64,000 bases of DNA, taken from the IMG/VR virus record IMGVR_UViG_3300043446_005775, positions 13,256 through 77,255 of that record; one strand, given 5' to 3'. Shown here one piece after another: positions 20,701 through 28,714 of the stretch (the first letter of the stretch is position 1; every line of letters begins with the position of its first letter). The notes beneath the pieces are model-generated. The model saw only the letters and a list, made by a program, of their open reading frames with translations, made no database searches and was not told the origin of the DNA. Source of the stretch: a virus. A program made the translations under genes and the position numbers.

Positions 20701-23289
20701 AAAATAGCATTGCTAACTAAAATTGCAAAAGGCGACCCCTCGTCGGGGTTGTATAACGCCCTCATGGAAATTATCAATCAGATGGCCACCGGCACTGGAG
20801 ACACGAATCCAAATGCGATTGACTCAACTACTACTGATTCAGCTGTTCAAGCAGAGCAAAACGCACGAATGAGCGCAGAGATTGACCTCAGAGAACACAG
20901 CAAAAATCATGGCGTCGAATCAAAACAATTCCTGGATGCCGCTAATCGGCATCCAGAAATACAAAGAATAGACGATTTGATCGATGAGAGAAAACAACAG
21001 ATAGGCGCAGCGGGAGGAGGGAACCGTGGAGCAGTACAAGAGCTGAGAGATACTTTGAATGTTCTTCAGCAAAGAAGAGCCGAAACCATACAAAGATTCA
21101 AGGAACAATTCAAGCCGAGGGCCCCTGAAGAGGCGCAGGCTGAACTTGACGCTCCTGTTACAGTCTCTCCTGATCTAGAGTCTACACTCAGAACCAATGG
21201 CGATAGATTTGGCGTTGACTCAGTGGAATTTCTTGATTCCGCTAATAACCATCCAGAAGTAAAAAATTTAAACGACTTGATTATTGCTCTAAAGCAGGAA
21301 CTAAGAACGATGGGATTGAGCGCGGATCCTAATGAAAAAGCGAAGAAGAAGAAAGATTTGGAAGCTCTTCAGGAACAAAGATCCGAGGCCATAAAAAAAT
21401 TGCAGGAACAATTCAGGCCCAAGACCGCTAAAGAGGTGACAGAAGAGGCAACAAGACTTATGGCTGGGGATGGTCCGCCAGTAAATGCAACTCCTGAGAT
21501 GAGGGCAGCGGCAGAAGCATGGTTGGCCAGTATGCTCGCTGGTCGTGGTGCACCCCCTGTTGCACCCCCTGCTGGTGGTGAACTCCCTGCTGGTGAACGC
21601 CCTGCTGGTGAACTCCCTGCTGAACGCCCTGTTGATGGTGCCGCTGTTGATGGTGCCGCTGCTGGTGAATCCGATGGTGTTAAACCCGCTGCTGCTGATG
21701 CCGCTGCTGGTGAATCCGATGGTGTTAAACCCGCTGCTGCTGATGCTGCTGGTGGTGTATCCGAGCCCCAAAACTTCTCCGGGCAAGACCTTAACGGTCG
21801 TGATTTCTCGGGACAGGATTTGACAGGTGCCAACCTGTCCAGTGCCAACTTGACCAATGCCAAACTGCCCAATGCCAAACTGTCCGGTGCCGATCTGACA
21901 GGTGCCAACCTGTCCAGTGCCAATCTGACCAATGCCGACCTGCCCGGTGCCAAACTGCCCGGTGCCCACCTGCGCGATGCCGACCTGCGTCGTGCCGACC
22001 TGACTGGGGCCGATCTGACCGGGGCCAGACTGGCCGGGGCCAAACTGACCGGGGCCAGCCTGACCGGGGCCAACTTCACGGATGCCGACCTGACTGGTGC
22101 CGACCTGAAGTATGTCGTCCTGCTGGATGTTAACCTGACTGGCGCCGACCTGACTGGTGTCTCCCTGTCTGGGGCAAACACGATGGGTGCCTACACGCTA
22201 GACGACTCTGGTAAAAAAGTTCGATTCGTTGCTCCGGTTAGCGGTGGTACCTCTACCACTCCTGCAGATGTTGAAAACGTTGCAAGAACGGCTTTGGAAA
22301 ATATGGGACCCGGTGGTGATGGCAAAACTGACGATCCTGTAGATCTGGTCAACGTCGATATAAGCGGCATGACTCCAGAGCAGTTGCAAGCACACAAGGA
22401 AGCCATAGAAAAAGAAATGGATGAAGAATCCAAACGGCTGGGGAATCAATTTGGTGGAAGATGGCATTTCGCACCCCAGGAAGAGAGAAAGAGACTAAAT
22501 GCCCTTTCTTTGGCGCATACGTTTGCCATAAGGGCGATCAACGACAGGCGTTCTACTCCTCCTCCTCCTGCCGCTGTTGAAACCGCTGTTGAACGCCCTG
22601 CTGAACTCACTCCTGAAAAGGTTGCAAGTGCGACTTTGGGCGATCTGGAACCTACTAAAGATGTAGTTGATGTCGATATAAGTGACATGAATGAAAGTCA
22701 ATTAAAAAGACACTTGAAAAACATAAACGACGAAATGACAAAGATTTCCGCAGAAATCATGAATCTTCCTAATCAATGGAAAAGCGCAAGCATGGAACAA
22801 ATAGCGAGGATCAATGCCCTTGAGGGGGCACGTGTGGATGCGGACAAAAAAGCAAGGAGTTTTAGACCTGTTGGAGTTGCGACAGCAGCAACACGTCAAC
22901 CCACGTCACCTGAGGAAATTGCCTCGCTCCTCAACAGAACCGGCGCTAGGCGTCCTGACACCGCCGAAAGTCTGCGCCCAACACTGGAGACCAGTCCTGT
23001 ATCCATGGAACAACTTGAGACGCAAGTGGCGTTACTTCCCGAAGCGGACAGATCAGCCATGCGGGAGTCTATCGCACAATTGAGAACTTATCAAGCTGCG
23101 GTGGACGCCGCGACGGATCCAGAAGAAAGAGCTGCTTACCAAGAAGAAGTAAATAGAATGATTGAGGCTTTGCGAACGAAGGGAATTCTGAAGAGTTCAT
23201 TATCAAGAAAAATGCCGAGGAAGTTCTCAAAGTCATCCCTGTCAAATGATCCCAAAAGACTCATCATGTCAATCTACAATTCATTATAA
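17743..23289 (+). CDS. Large repeat-rich protein (1,848 aa) with a pentapeptide-repeat domain; candidate internal virion protein
   Basis: Long ORF with GGAG upstream; A(D/N)LxG pentapeptide run at ~21772-22180; duplicated helical units; C-terminal ILKSS/FSKSS motifs. Confidence 0.8.
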   Translation: MVQLTKETSWSGKWDEENDRASLEQEKRRIAALSKRIGRMVTSADFELLAGPKATRAGIEQALGQTLDSGPNERVGQADLMILLRRMDKAIRKSLPLEAHGNSAFPVRDERYRRPDGTVNEHQGEHTDRYLAGIANNHGEEAANEVRQAIQRGDVLKVANKYKRDRVQEGTRASEDSESDDCEHPGGDIDGFIHPEYRARGWDPDTKAFQAEYAGMGVRDYYSEMYSRLYPKEISDQIVQGLFGDRNEENSRPPDMKQIRRERPRRQKLDMPSYSDDEWEGLLNQDPGRRAGRRIYGDAERDIYSNDPRDDQSPEDDESPREQQSIPTEENPTPDGGPIEETSTDEHQQHRKDPNFVRIDDLSPFRGFIKKARQYLKTKSDVAPGKQSHALSRALLRGELTTRALPSIRAQATKEAINNNVRSQVNQNEDPLEGMNKRTLGKYYRMAIQRIFSAAKKQAGNRKRVQRQEQSQRTKTYMRMPETRPSLTQEGTGRAVAPNASSSVSTNSGPIIPREYKDALQEYNDEYYLPYDTDNFHNLTELGLVDEDGNWVSKKMAPVLKENGFWEIESVGETQKSLIGRMRKALRKAEDATRPLAVEHVVVSDKYTSRKPTYLDSFPPSGRQSSPDDGDVRDLTGRGSDNQKLVDTAGLQNRRDSFWQSGSTALPSIAPNRSPDPNKKDRLLSYNRDTDAWEGKLTRVHSGILHPAVALGKFGYDLARAGIAGLTTVDLNDVGHLANNAAKDATSVAQDTLAGLGSGLKRTKDWVKQTIGPKLGFGPDQSTAKETVGDGATNPYGAEVTGIGGEAPHNSMSTQDLWDSSDPVHKAALIDRLRQHPRTRAKWDRWNNAVPGPRKDAARQELNAAVADLIEEEKAAAHKNTPDQQRIERARSREDVRKLSMEEPQLLAGILSNWMRAGDAVPDPGAPKDANPRYQRTLTKDEQVKLRQKMLENPELGASIAQSLLAGMRKKPTTTRDPKAQAAQDTKIALLTKIAKGDPSSGLYNALMEIINQMATGTGDTNPNAIDSTTTDSAVQAEQNARMSAEIDLREHSKNHGVESKQFLDAANRHPEIQRIDDLIDERKQQIGAAGGGNRGAVQELRDTLNVLQQRRAETIQRFKEQFKPRAPEEAQAELDAPVTVSPDLESTLRTNGDRFGVDSVEFLDSANNHPEVKNLNDLIIALKQELRTMGLSADPNEKAKKKKDLEALQEQRSEAIKKLQEQFRPKTAKEVTEEATRLMAGDGPPVNATPEMRAAAEAWLASMLAGRGAPPVAPPAGGELPAGERPAGELPAERPVDGAAVDGAAAGESDGVKPAAADAAAGESDGVKPAAADAAGGVSEPQNFSGQDLNGRDFSGQDLTGANLSSANLTNAKLPNAKLSGADLTGANLSSANLTNADLPGAKLPGAHLRDADLRRADLTGADLTGARLAGAKLTGASLTGANFTDADLTGADLKYVVLLDVNLTGADLTGVSLSGANTMGAYTLDDSGKKVRFVAPVSGGTSTTPADVENVARTALENMGPGGDGKTDDPVDLVNVDISGMTPEQLQAHKEAIEKEMDEESKRLGNQFGGRWHFAPQEERKRLNALSLAHTFAIRAINDRRSTPPPPAAVETAVERPAELTPEKVASATLGDLEPTKDVVDVDISDMNESQLKRHLKNINDEMTKISAEIMNLPNQWKSASMEQIARINALEGARVDADKKARSFRPVGVATAATRQPTSPEEIASLLNRTGARRPDTAESLRPTLETSPVSMEQLETQVALLPEADRSAMRESIAQLRTYQAAVDAATDPEERAAYQEEVNRMIEALRTKGILKSSLSRKMPRKFSKSSLSNDPKRLIMSIYNSL
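21545..21760 (+). repeat. In-frame low-complexity tandem repeats, including a perfect 45-bp duplication
   Basis: GCCGCTGCTGGTGAATCCGATGGTGTTAAACCCGCTGCTGCTGAT at 21655-21699 and 21700-21744 (AAAGESDGVKPAAAD x2), preceded by 15-bp CCCTGCTGGTGAAC-type units (PAGE[L/R]). Confidence 0.9.
21772..22180 (+). repeat. Pentapeptide-repeat coding array (15-bp periodicity)
   Basis: NFSGQDLNGRDFSGQDLTGANLSSANLTNAKLPNAKLSGADLTGA...; GCC(G/A)ACCTG recurs every 15 nt. Confidence 0.95.
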
Positions 23290-23307
23290 TTGTGCAAGGA
23301 GAAAGCA

Positions 23308-23958
23308 ATGGCATCGCTAGAACACAACATGTCGAAGTTGAAGGTCAAGGAAAAGGCAGAGAAGCTGGGCGTTGACCGGGCTGTGGCGTCCCATAGCGGC
23401 GGCCGTCGTTCTTCCAGGAAATCCTTTCAGGCAGTGCTGTATCCAAAAACTGCATCAAGGAACACGACCATTGAGCAGCGGGTGCGAAGCCTGCAGAAAT
23501 CCGTGCAGAATACGGCCGGAATAGGGCGCATCATGGAGAACATCGCCGACATCGTCGGTTCTTCGTTCAACTCTCCGATGCCGATGCCCATGACAAGTGA
23601 TGGGTCTCCTGATTGGGACGGCCCGAATGAGAACAGTTTTGTCATGATGCCAATCAACAACAAGAAGTCGAGCTTGCATGGAAGATTCGTGATTCTTCAG
23701 AAGCTGCCAAATGGAATGTACAAGATTGCTGAAAAGCCCTCTGGCAAGAAGAAGAAGGCCAAGGATGACGATGACGATGATGATCGTGACAATCGTGACA
23801 ATGATGAGGGAAAAGTCAGCAAGGGGATCATCACGGGTTCCCGGCAACAACGACGTGACAAGGGTGCCACACATCACTGGGCGCCGAGGGGTGTTTCCTC
23901 CCGCAGCCCAAGAACGGCAGGAAGGGGCCCCAAGGGGTCGAAGAGTGGGGCGCTCTGA
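23308..23958 (+). CDS. Hypothetical basic/acidic low-complexity protein, possibly head-associated
   Basis: ATG at 23308 with AGGAG; TATAAT at 23285-23290; SRKSF/LQKSV motifs; poly-D tract. Confidence 0.7.
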   Translation: MASLEHNMSKLKVKEKAEKLGVDRAVASHSGGRRSSRKSFQAVLYPKTASRNTTIEQRVRSLQKSVQNTAGIGRIMENIADIVGSSFNSPMPMPMTSDGSPDWDGPNENSFVMMPINNKKSSLHGRFVILQKLPNGMYKIAEKPSGKKKKAKDDDDDDDRDNRDNDEGKVSKGIITGSRQQRRDKGATHHWAPRGVSSRSPRTAGRGPKGSKSGAL

Positions 23959-24557
23959 TGCGCACCAGCAGGAAAGTCGGAGCGAGGAATGCCCCCGCCC
24001 TGACGCCGACTGGCTTGCGCAAATCATCTTCGGGAAATGGCGGCCCCAATGCCGAGAAAAGTCACGGCATCCCAACTGCGCTCCGCAGGGAAAAGTCTGG
24101 CCCAGCAGCGCAAAAGGCGACCAATATCGAAAACCAATTTCGATATGCGCTGCTTAGGAAAGGATTGGACTTCATCGAGCAAGCGAACATTGGCCCGTGG
24201 TCCTGCGATTTTCTCCTGCCCGATCACAAGATTGTCATCGAAGCTGATGGTGAATACTGGCATTCGATTCCGAAAACCATCATGAAGGACAGGAGGAAAG
24301 ATCTCTGGTTACGATCAAAAGGCTATTCGGTCTTGCACTTTGAAGGAAAACGCATATCTGCAGATCCGGATGGCTGCATAAGCAAAGTGATACAATTGAT
24401 AGAAAAGAATAAACTTTCCCTTGTGATTGAAGAAGAAGAAGAAGAAGAATTCATGGAAAAGCCGGAAATAGCCATAGCAAAGGAAACCGACGACGATGCA
24501 GAATACGAAGCTTGGCTCTCTTCCGGATCTGTCGGATCACGAGGAAGCCTTGGTTAA
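23958..24557 (+). CDS. Vsr/DUF559-family PD-(D/E)XK endonuclease
   Basis: TNIE...EQANIGPWSCDFLL...IVIEADGEYWH...KDRRKDLWLRSKGYSVLHF; TGATG coupling to the upstream gene; acidic C-terminal tail. Confidence 0.85.
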   Translation: MRTSRKVGARNAPALTPTGLRKSSSGNGGPNAEKSHGIPTALRREKSGPAAQKATNIENQFRYALLRKGLDFIEQANIGPWSCDFLLPDHKIVIEADGEYWHSIPKTIMKDRRKDLWLRSKGYSVLHFEGKRISADPDGCISKVIQLIEKNKLSLVIEEEEEEEFMEKPEIAIAKETDDDAEYEAWLSSGSVGSRGSLG

Positions 24558-24798
24558 GAAACTGAAGAAAAGTCTGCGTATTCCTCATATCTCCCACTCG
24601 GGAAATGCCGTGTGCACCAACCCATCCTGCAGGGCAAGAATGATCAAGTCCAATGCAAATCTTGAGGTAAATTCAATCTCACATCGCGCAGTCATGATTA
24701 CAGGAAAAACAAAAATCTTTCTGATCGGCAAATCAATCATTGCCGAATGTGTATGCGGAACAAGATACGACCTTGATGGCGCACTGAGTGAGGAATGA
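24550..24798 (+). CDS. Small zinc-ribbon protein
   Basis: CTNPSC...CVCG; probable TTG start at 24550 after GAGG; bridges the two neighbouring genes. Confidence 0.6.
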   Translation: MVKKLKKSLRIPHISHSGNAVCTNPSCRARMIKSNANLEVNSISHRAVMITGKTKIFLIGKSIIAECVCGTRYDLDGALSEE

Positions 24799-24799
24799 C

Positions 24800-26260
24800 A
24801 TGCCAGTATTGCAAATGCTAGTAGCAACAGACAAGACAGAATATTCAAGATACAATTTCTCGACCCGGGTCATCACGGTTACTGCAACCGCGGCACTGGG
24901 AACAATAGAGCTTGAAGATTCCTTTGTCTTTTCCATACGAAGGGTGCTTACGGAAAACTGGCCGGAAGAACACTCTGCGCTCATGACCAAGACAATTACG
25001 GCAACAAGCCAGGATGTGGCCACGCAATCGGTGACTTGTCAATTCACCATCGGATCCGATGATCTTGATCAGGATTTCATCAGCCGATCCCTGCATGCAC
25101 AGTACCGGGTGCGAGTTGCCGCAGGATCATCCTACTGGGAGTGTCCGTCGCTGATTTCCATTGCGATCATCACGACACGCGAGATGCGAGAGGAGTGGTG
25201 CTATGGTGCTCCGCTCAAGGCAATGGAAGTGCTTGGAGTCAAGTTCCAGCCACGAAACATCACCGGGTTCTCAATTGATGAGGTGTCCAACGGCGTAGTC
25301 CCTGGAGTGAAGACGTTTGCATTGAAATACATTGCGCCGATTGCGCCAGCAACCGCCCATCAGTGGACGCTGCAATGGGACAGCGGGACACCCATATCGA
25401 TCACGTCCCCGGCCAGGCAGCAGTACCTTCTTCTTGACGAGACCAACATCAACTACATGCTTGTTGATATCAACCCTGCCTTTCTGCCGCGCGTCAGCAT
25501 GACGGAATCCCTTCTCGTGTCCGAACTGGCAATGACTGACGAGATGATCCAGCGAAGAATTGCCTTTGCCATTGGCTCTGCGGAATCATTGCTTGGATTT
25601 CCGATGGAGCCGAACCTGATAACGACATTGCCCCGTCACCCCGGACAGACACAGGAGTTGCAGCACCAGGCGGATCATTGGGACCGGATCGGCAGACCGG
25701 CAGACTTCATCGCTCCGGTTGACCTCATGATGTGGCCGACATTCAGGCTTCCCCAGCAATGGTGCCTCAAGCTGCATGAAATCTATGGATACCATTCCAC
25801 CAACAAGATCGTGAAGGTGACGGAAGACTGGTTTGCCACCACGGTTGACCGGATGAGCGGACTGGTCTCCCTTGTTCCTTCATTGGGGAGCTTTGCGCAG
25901 TGGCAGGTTTACACGTATCCGCTGATCTCTCCCTTTTACATGCGTCATAATATTCCTTCGTTCTGGCAGTACACGGGCATCTTCGGATTGCCTGACCTCA
26001 CCAATGATGGACGCGCCCCTGTGCGCGAACTGATCGGAAGGATTGGCGCAACCTCCATCCTCACTGAGGCCGGAAGAGGCTATCAAGGGGGATTATCTGG
26101 GGAATCAACATCCCGGGACGGAATTTCCAGCAGCCGATCATTCAATCCCGGCGGCCCATACGCCAACACGATCCAGGCTCATCAGCAATGGATACAGGCA
26201 GAAGCCCCGCGATTGAAGAGCAAGCTCGGAGGCGTCCTGATCCAAATGATTGGAGCATAG
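24800..26260 (+). CDS. Head-tail connector (neck adaptor) protein with an N-terminal extension
   Basis: C-terminal half has ...VSLVPS...IPSFWQY.G..G...RELIGRIG...G.G..G.S..STSRDGISSS, resembling the adaptor of A511/K-type myoviruses; ATG at 24800 with GAGGA. Confidence 0.55.
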   Translation: MPVLQMLVATDKTEYSRYNFSTRVITVTATAALGTIELEDSFVFSIRRVLTENWPEEHSALMTKTITATSQDVATQSVTCQFTIGSDDLDQDFISRSLHAQYRVRVAAGSSYWECPSLISIAIITTREMREEWCYGAPLKAMEVLGVKFQPRNITGFSIDEVSNGVVPGVKTFALKYIAPIAPATAHQWTLQWDSGTPISITSPARQQYLLLDETNINYMLVDINPAFLPRVSMTESLLVSELAMTDEMIQRRIAFAIGSAESLLGFPMEPNLITTLPRHPGQTQELQHQADHWDRIGRPADFIAPVDLMMWPTFRLPQQWCLKLHEIYGYHSTNKIVKVTEDWFATTVDRMSGLVSLVPSLGSFAQWQVYTYPLISPFYMRHNIPSFWQYTGIFGLPDLTNDGRAPVRELIGRIGATSILTEAGRGYQGGLSGESTSRDGISSSRSFNPGGPYANTIQAHQQWIQAEAPRLKSKLGGVLIQMIGA

Positions 26261-26262
26261 TC

Positions 26263-26940
26263 ATGCCTATCGATATCCAGCAGCATGTTCGATTCATTCT
26301 CCGGCATGGGGAGCGGGTTGTCCATTACCGTGGCATCCTGTGTTCCTGCTCCCCAACAGCAAGGCCGGAAGAGGCAGACCTAGGGTGCCAGAAATGCAAC
26401 GGACTTGGAATATTCTGGGTTGACCCCGTGACGGTCATCGCGCTTGTGCATGGACTGGATTCCGACCGTTCCGGAAGGCTTTGGCTGCAGACCGGAATTG
26501 CGCTTCCCGAGGACATGACCTGCTCTCCATTGCCCAATGCTGCACGAAGGTTCAAGGATTACGACAAGGTCATTCCCACATGGCCGCGAGGATTTCCATA
26601 CCCTGGGGAACTGCTTATCCGCGGCCAAAAGGAGGTGCTGATCTACCGGCCAGTCGGGAAGATCATGCGTGTCTCGCAAGTCCACGCAACCAATGGAAAG
26701 GAAACAACGTGGACACAAGGTGAGGATTTTGAGATGGCCGGGGAAGACCAGAAAAGACTCGAATGGTTTCCCAACAAGGGGCCGACTGCCAATTCCACGT
26801 ACTCGGTGCTGTATGAGCCAAGGTTCGAGTTCGTCTCATGGACCCCGCCAGCTCCGCGATGGGAACGTGGCCGCGACCTTGGAGTGCGGGTGCTGCTCCG
26901 CAAGATCCACTTGCCGTGGCCGGTGACGAACTGGGGCTAG
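26263..26940 (+). CDS. Neck/head-closure protein with a CxC...CxxCxGxG motif
   Basis: HGERVVHY...CSC......CQKCNGLG, typical of the conserved neck protein of SPO1/K-like phages; ATG 2 bp after the previous stop. Confidence 0.6.
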   Translation: MPIDIQQHVRFILRHGERVVHYRGILCSCSPTARPEEADLGCQKCNGLGIFWVDPVTVIALVHGLDSDRSGRLWLQTGIALPEDMTCSPLPNAARRFKDYDKVIPTWPRGFPYPGELLIRGQKEVLIYRPVGKIMRVSQVHATNGKETTWTQGEDFEMAGEDQKRLEWFPNKGPTANSTYSVLYEPRFEFVSWTPPAPRWERGRDLGVRVLLRKIHLPWPVTNWG

Positions 26941-26955
26941 CCTGCCGTGCGACGG

Positions 26956-26978
26956 TGTGGTATAGTCGCATCAGGAGG
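26956..26978 (+). promoter_or_regulatory. Extended -10 promoter and Shine-Dalgarno site
   Basis: TGTGGTATAGT at 26956-26966, AGGAGG at 26973-26978, ATG at 26982. Confidence 0.6.
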
Positions 26979-26981
26979 AAC

Positions 26982-27563
26982 ATGTCGCAGGGCTACAGAC
27001 CCCAATCGGGAGGACGGGATTCCGGACCTTCCTATGATCAGATCCTGCAAGAAGTCCGCAATGCAGGGATGATCTCCACTACGACCTCCGTGGATGTTGC
27101 ACCAACTGCCGGAAACGAGTACCTGTGCATTGTCCGCGCGGAGTGCACCATGCCGCCGCTGCGTGAAGGCGATCAGCCGCGCCTGTACTCGGGGCTTGGC
27201 GCAGCATATCCGCGCAAGAACGGACAGAATGTTGTCCACGGCGTCAGTAATCCTGCGTTTTACATGCACATTGCCGAGAGTCGCGCAAAGAAACGCGCGT
27301 GGATGGATGCCATTGGGCGTGGCGACGGACTTGAGGAGAACATCCGTGAGGATGTCATGATGGATCGCGCCCACACTTCAGCAGCACGTGATGCGGCTGC
27401 CCTTCCTCCTCCGCGTTGGCAGATGTCCGATGAAGCAGCTCATCGGCTTGTCTCCCTTAGCACCTATACCTTTGAAGAGGCCAAAGCCATGACAAAGGAA
27501 GAAGCCAAGAGCGCAGTCCAAGCGATCAATGCAAAATTGGCTTCCACGGAAGGCGAAAATTGA
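26982..27563 (+). CDS. Putative Rad52/Sak-like ssDNA-annealing-fold protein
   Basis: CIVRAECTM...YSGLGAA...HIAESRAKKRAWMDAIG resembles the AE(T/S)RAKxRA helix of Rad52-like proteins; strong SD site. Confidence 0.5.
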   Translation: MSQGYRPQSGGRDSGPSYDQILQEVRNAGMISTTTSVDVAPTAGNEYLCIVRAECTMPPLREGDQPRLYSGLGAAYPRKNGQNVVHGVSNPAFYMHIAESRAKKRAWMDAIGRGDGLEENIREDVMMDRAHTSAARDAAALPPPRWQMSDEAAHRLVSLSTYTFEEAKAMTKEEAKSAVQAINAKLASTEGEN

Positions 27564-27634
27564 CAAGCCCCATGAATAATGCCCAGTAGGTATTATATAT
27601 AGGACAAAAGAGTAGGGCCAGCGCAGACATGCGA

Positions 27635-27698
27635 AGGGGCCGTCATTACCCGGATTGGCCTTGCGGATGCAAGGATTTTTGGGGTAATGACGGCCCCT
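27635..27698 (+). other. Long RNA stem-loop (terminator, leader or processing site) upstream of the prohead protease
   Basis: Perfect 17-bp inverted repeat AGGGGCCGTCATTACCC (27635-27651) / GGGTAATGACGGCCCCT (27682-27698), inner CCTTGC-GGAT-GCAAGG hairpin, followed by ATTAATTTT. Confidence 0.8.
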
Positions 27699-27723
27699 AT
27701 TAATTTTGGGATAGAATTGACAC

Positions 27724-28704
27724 ATGAATCAAGCAGATACCATAAGACAACATAGAAAAAGCCTTGCAGAAATGGATGGCGTAAGCGCAACCTTCGAGGT
27801 TCCGCTTACGTACATCAAGTCCTTTGTTGGGAACTACACCACATCAATGGGCGAGGTCAAGAAGGGTCGCATCATTGAAGGCATCGCTTCCACTGAGGAC
27901 AAGGACCAGCAGGGAGAGATCGTGGTTCAGGACAAGATGGATTGTTCCTACTTGCTTGAAAAGGGGTTTTTGAATTGGAATCATTCGCATGCACCGGAAG
28001 ACCAGATCGGAAAGCCCTTGGAGGTCATCAAGCTGGCTGGCGGCCCATCGACCCCGAATGGGTTGCCGTGCACGTTCTTCCGGGCGTTGCTCTTCGAGAG
28101 CATGCCACGAGCTGAAGCGGTGTGGACATTGAGCAAGGCTCTGGAGGATTCAGCCGGGGTTGGCCAGGACAGGTATCTTGGGTTCTCCGTGGAAGGCGGT
28201 GTCCGGGTACGCCACAACAATATCCTGATGGAGACCATGGTCAGGCACATGGCCGCCACGCATGAGCCGGTGAATGCCCAGGCAGTTGCCCGTTGTGTCC
28301 TGGCGAAAAGCCAAGGTTTCAAGGTCGAGGAGAATGTGCTGATTGACACGCTTGATGATAATGTCCCGCATTTCATCTTCAAGAGTTTTTCGCAACTCTC
28401 GAAATCCCTTCTGCTTGCCAAGAATGTTTCCGCGGAAGTTTCTTCCCATGCGACACTTGCGGAGATGTCTCCTCTTCGGCGCGAATTTCTGAGCCGCAAG
28501 GGGAGCAAGCATCGGAAGTCTTTTGCGGACGTTCTCTATGGGGATTGTGCTCACGGAAACAGATGCAAGTCTGGAGACACATTCAAGAAAGGCTATCAGG
28601 GTGCACTGGATCATCTGGTGTACTGTGGAGGCATGCAACCTGCAGAAGCGGCAAAATCACTCTTGTCGCATATACGTATGTTAAAATCAAATCAGAATCT
28701 TTAA
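27724..28704 (+). CDS. Prohead (capsid maturation) protease
   Basis: IIEGIASTEDKDQQGEIV.Q...GFLNWNH...IGKP...LGFSVEG, an HK97/U35-like His and Ser pattern; lies directly upstream of scaffold and capsid genes. Confidence 0.88.
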   Translation: MNQADTIRQHRKSLAEMDGVSATFEVPLTYIKSFVGNYTTSMGEVKKGRIIEGIASTEDKDQQGEIVVQDKMDCSYLLEKGFLNWNHSHAPEDQIGKPLEVIKLAGGPSTPNGLPCTFFRALLFESMPRAEAVWTLSKALEDSAGVGQDRYLGFSVEGGVRVRHNNILMETMVRHMAATHEPVNAQAVARCVLAKSQGFKVEENVLIDTLDDNVPHFIFKSFSQLSKSLLLAKNVSAEVSSHATLAEMSPLRREFLSRKGSKHRKSFADVLYGDCAHGNRCKSGDTFKKGYQGALDHLVYCGGMQPAEAAKSLLSHIRMLKSNQNL

Positions 28705-28714
28705 GGAGGAAATA

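Noticed and set aside
21545-22180. Possible CRISPR array
   Set aside because: The repeats are contiguous, in-frame multiples of 3 with no unique spacers, and no cas genes are present.
21301-22181. Repetitive minus-strand ORFs (222 and 270 aa) and the +1-frame VNPLLL ORF
   Set aside because: They are by-products of the tandem and pentapeptide repeats in the real + strand gene.
1-23289. Inteins or virion RNA polymerase subunits in the giant ORFs
   Set aside because: I saw no intein C...HN-C/S/T ends, LAGLIDADG motif or DxDGD catalytic motif; very divergent versions cannot be excluded without structure searches.
27564-27723. Possible tRNA or known riboswitch in the largest intergenic region
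   Set aside because: There is no cloverleaf, T-loop GTTC or CCA end, and I recognise no aptamer consensus; it is kept only as a stem-loop.
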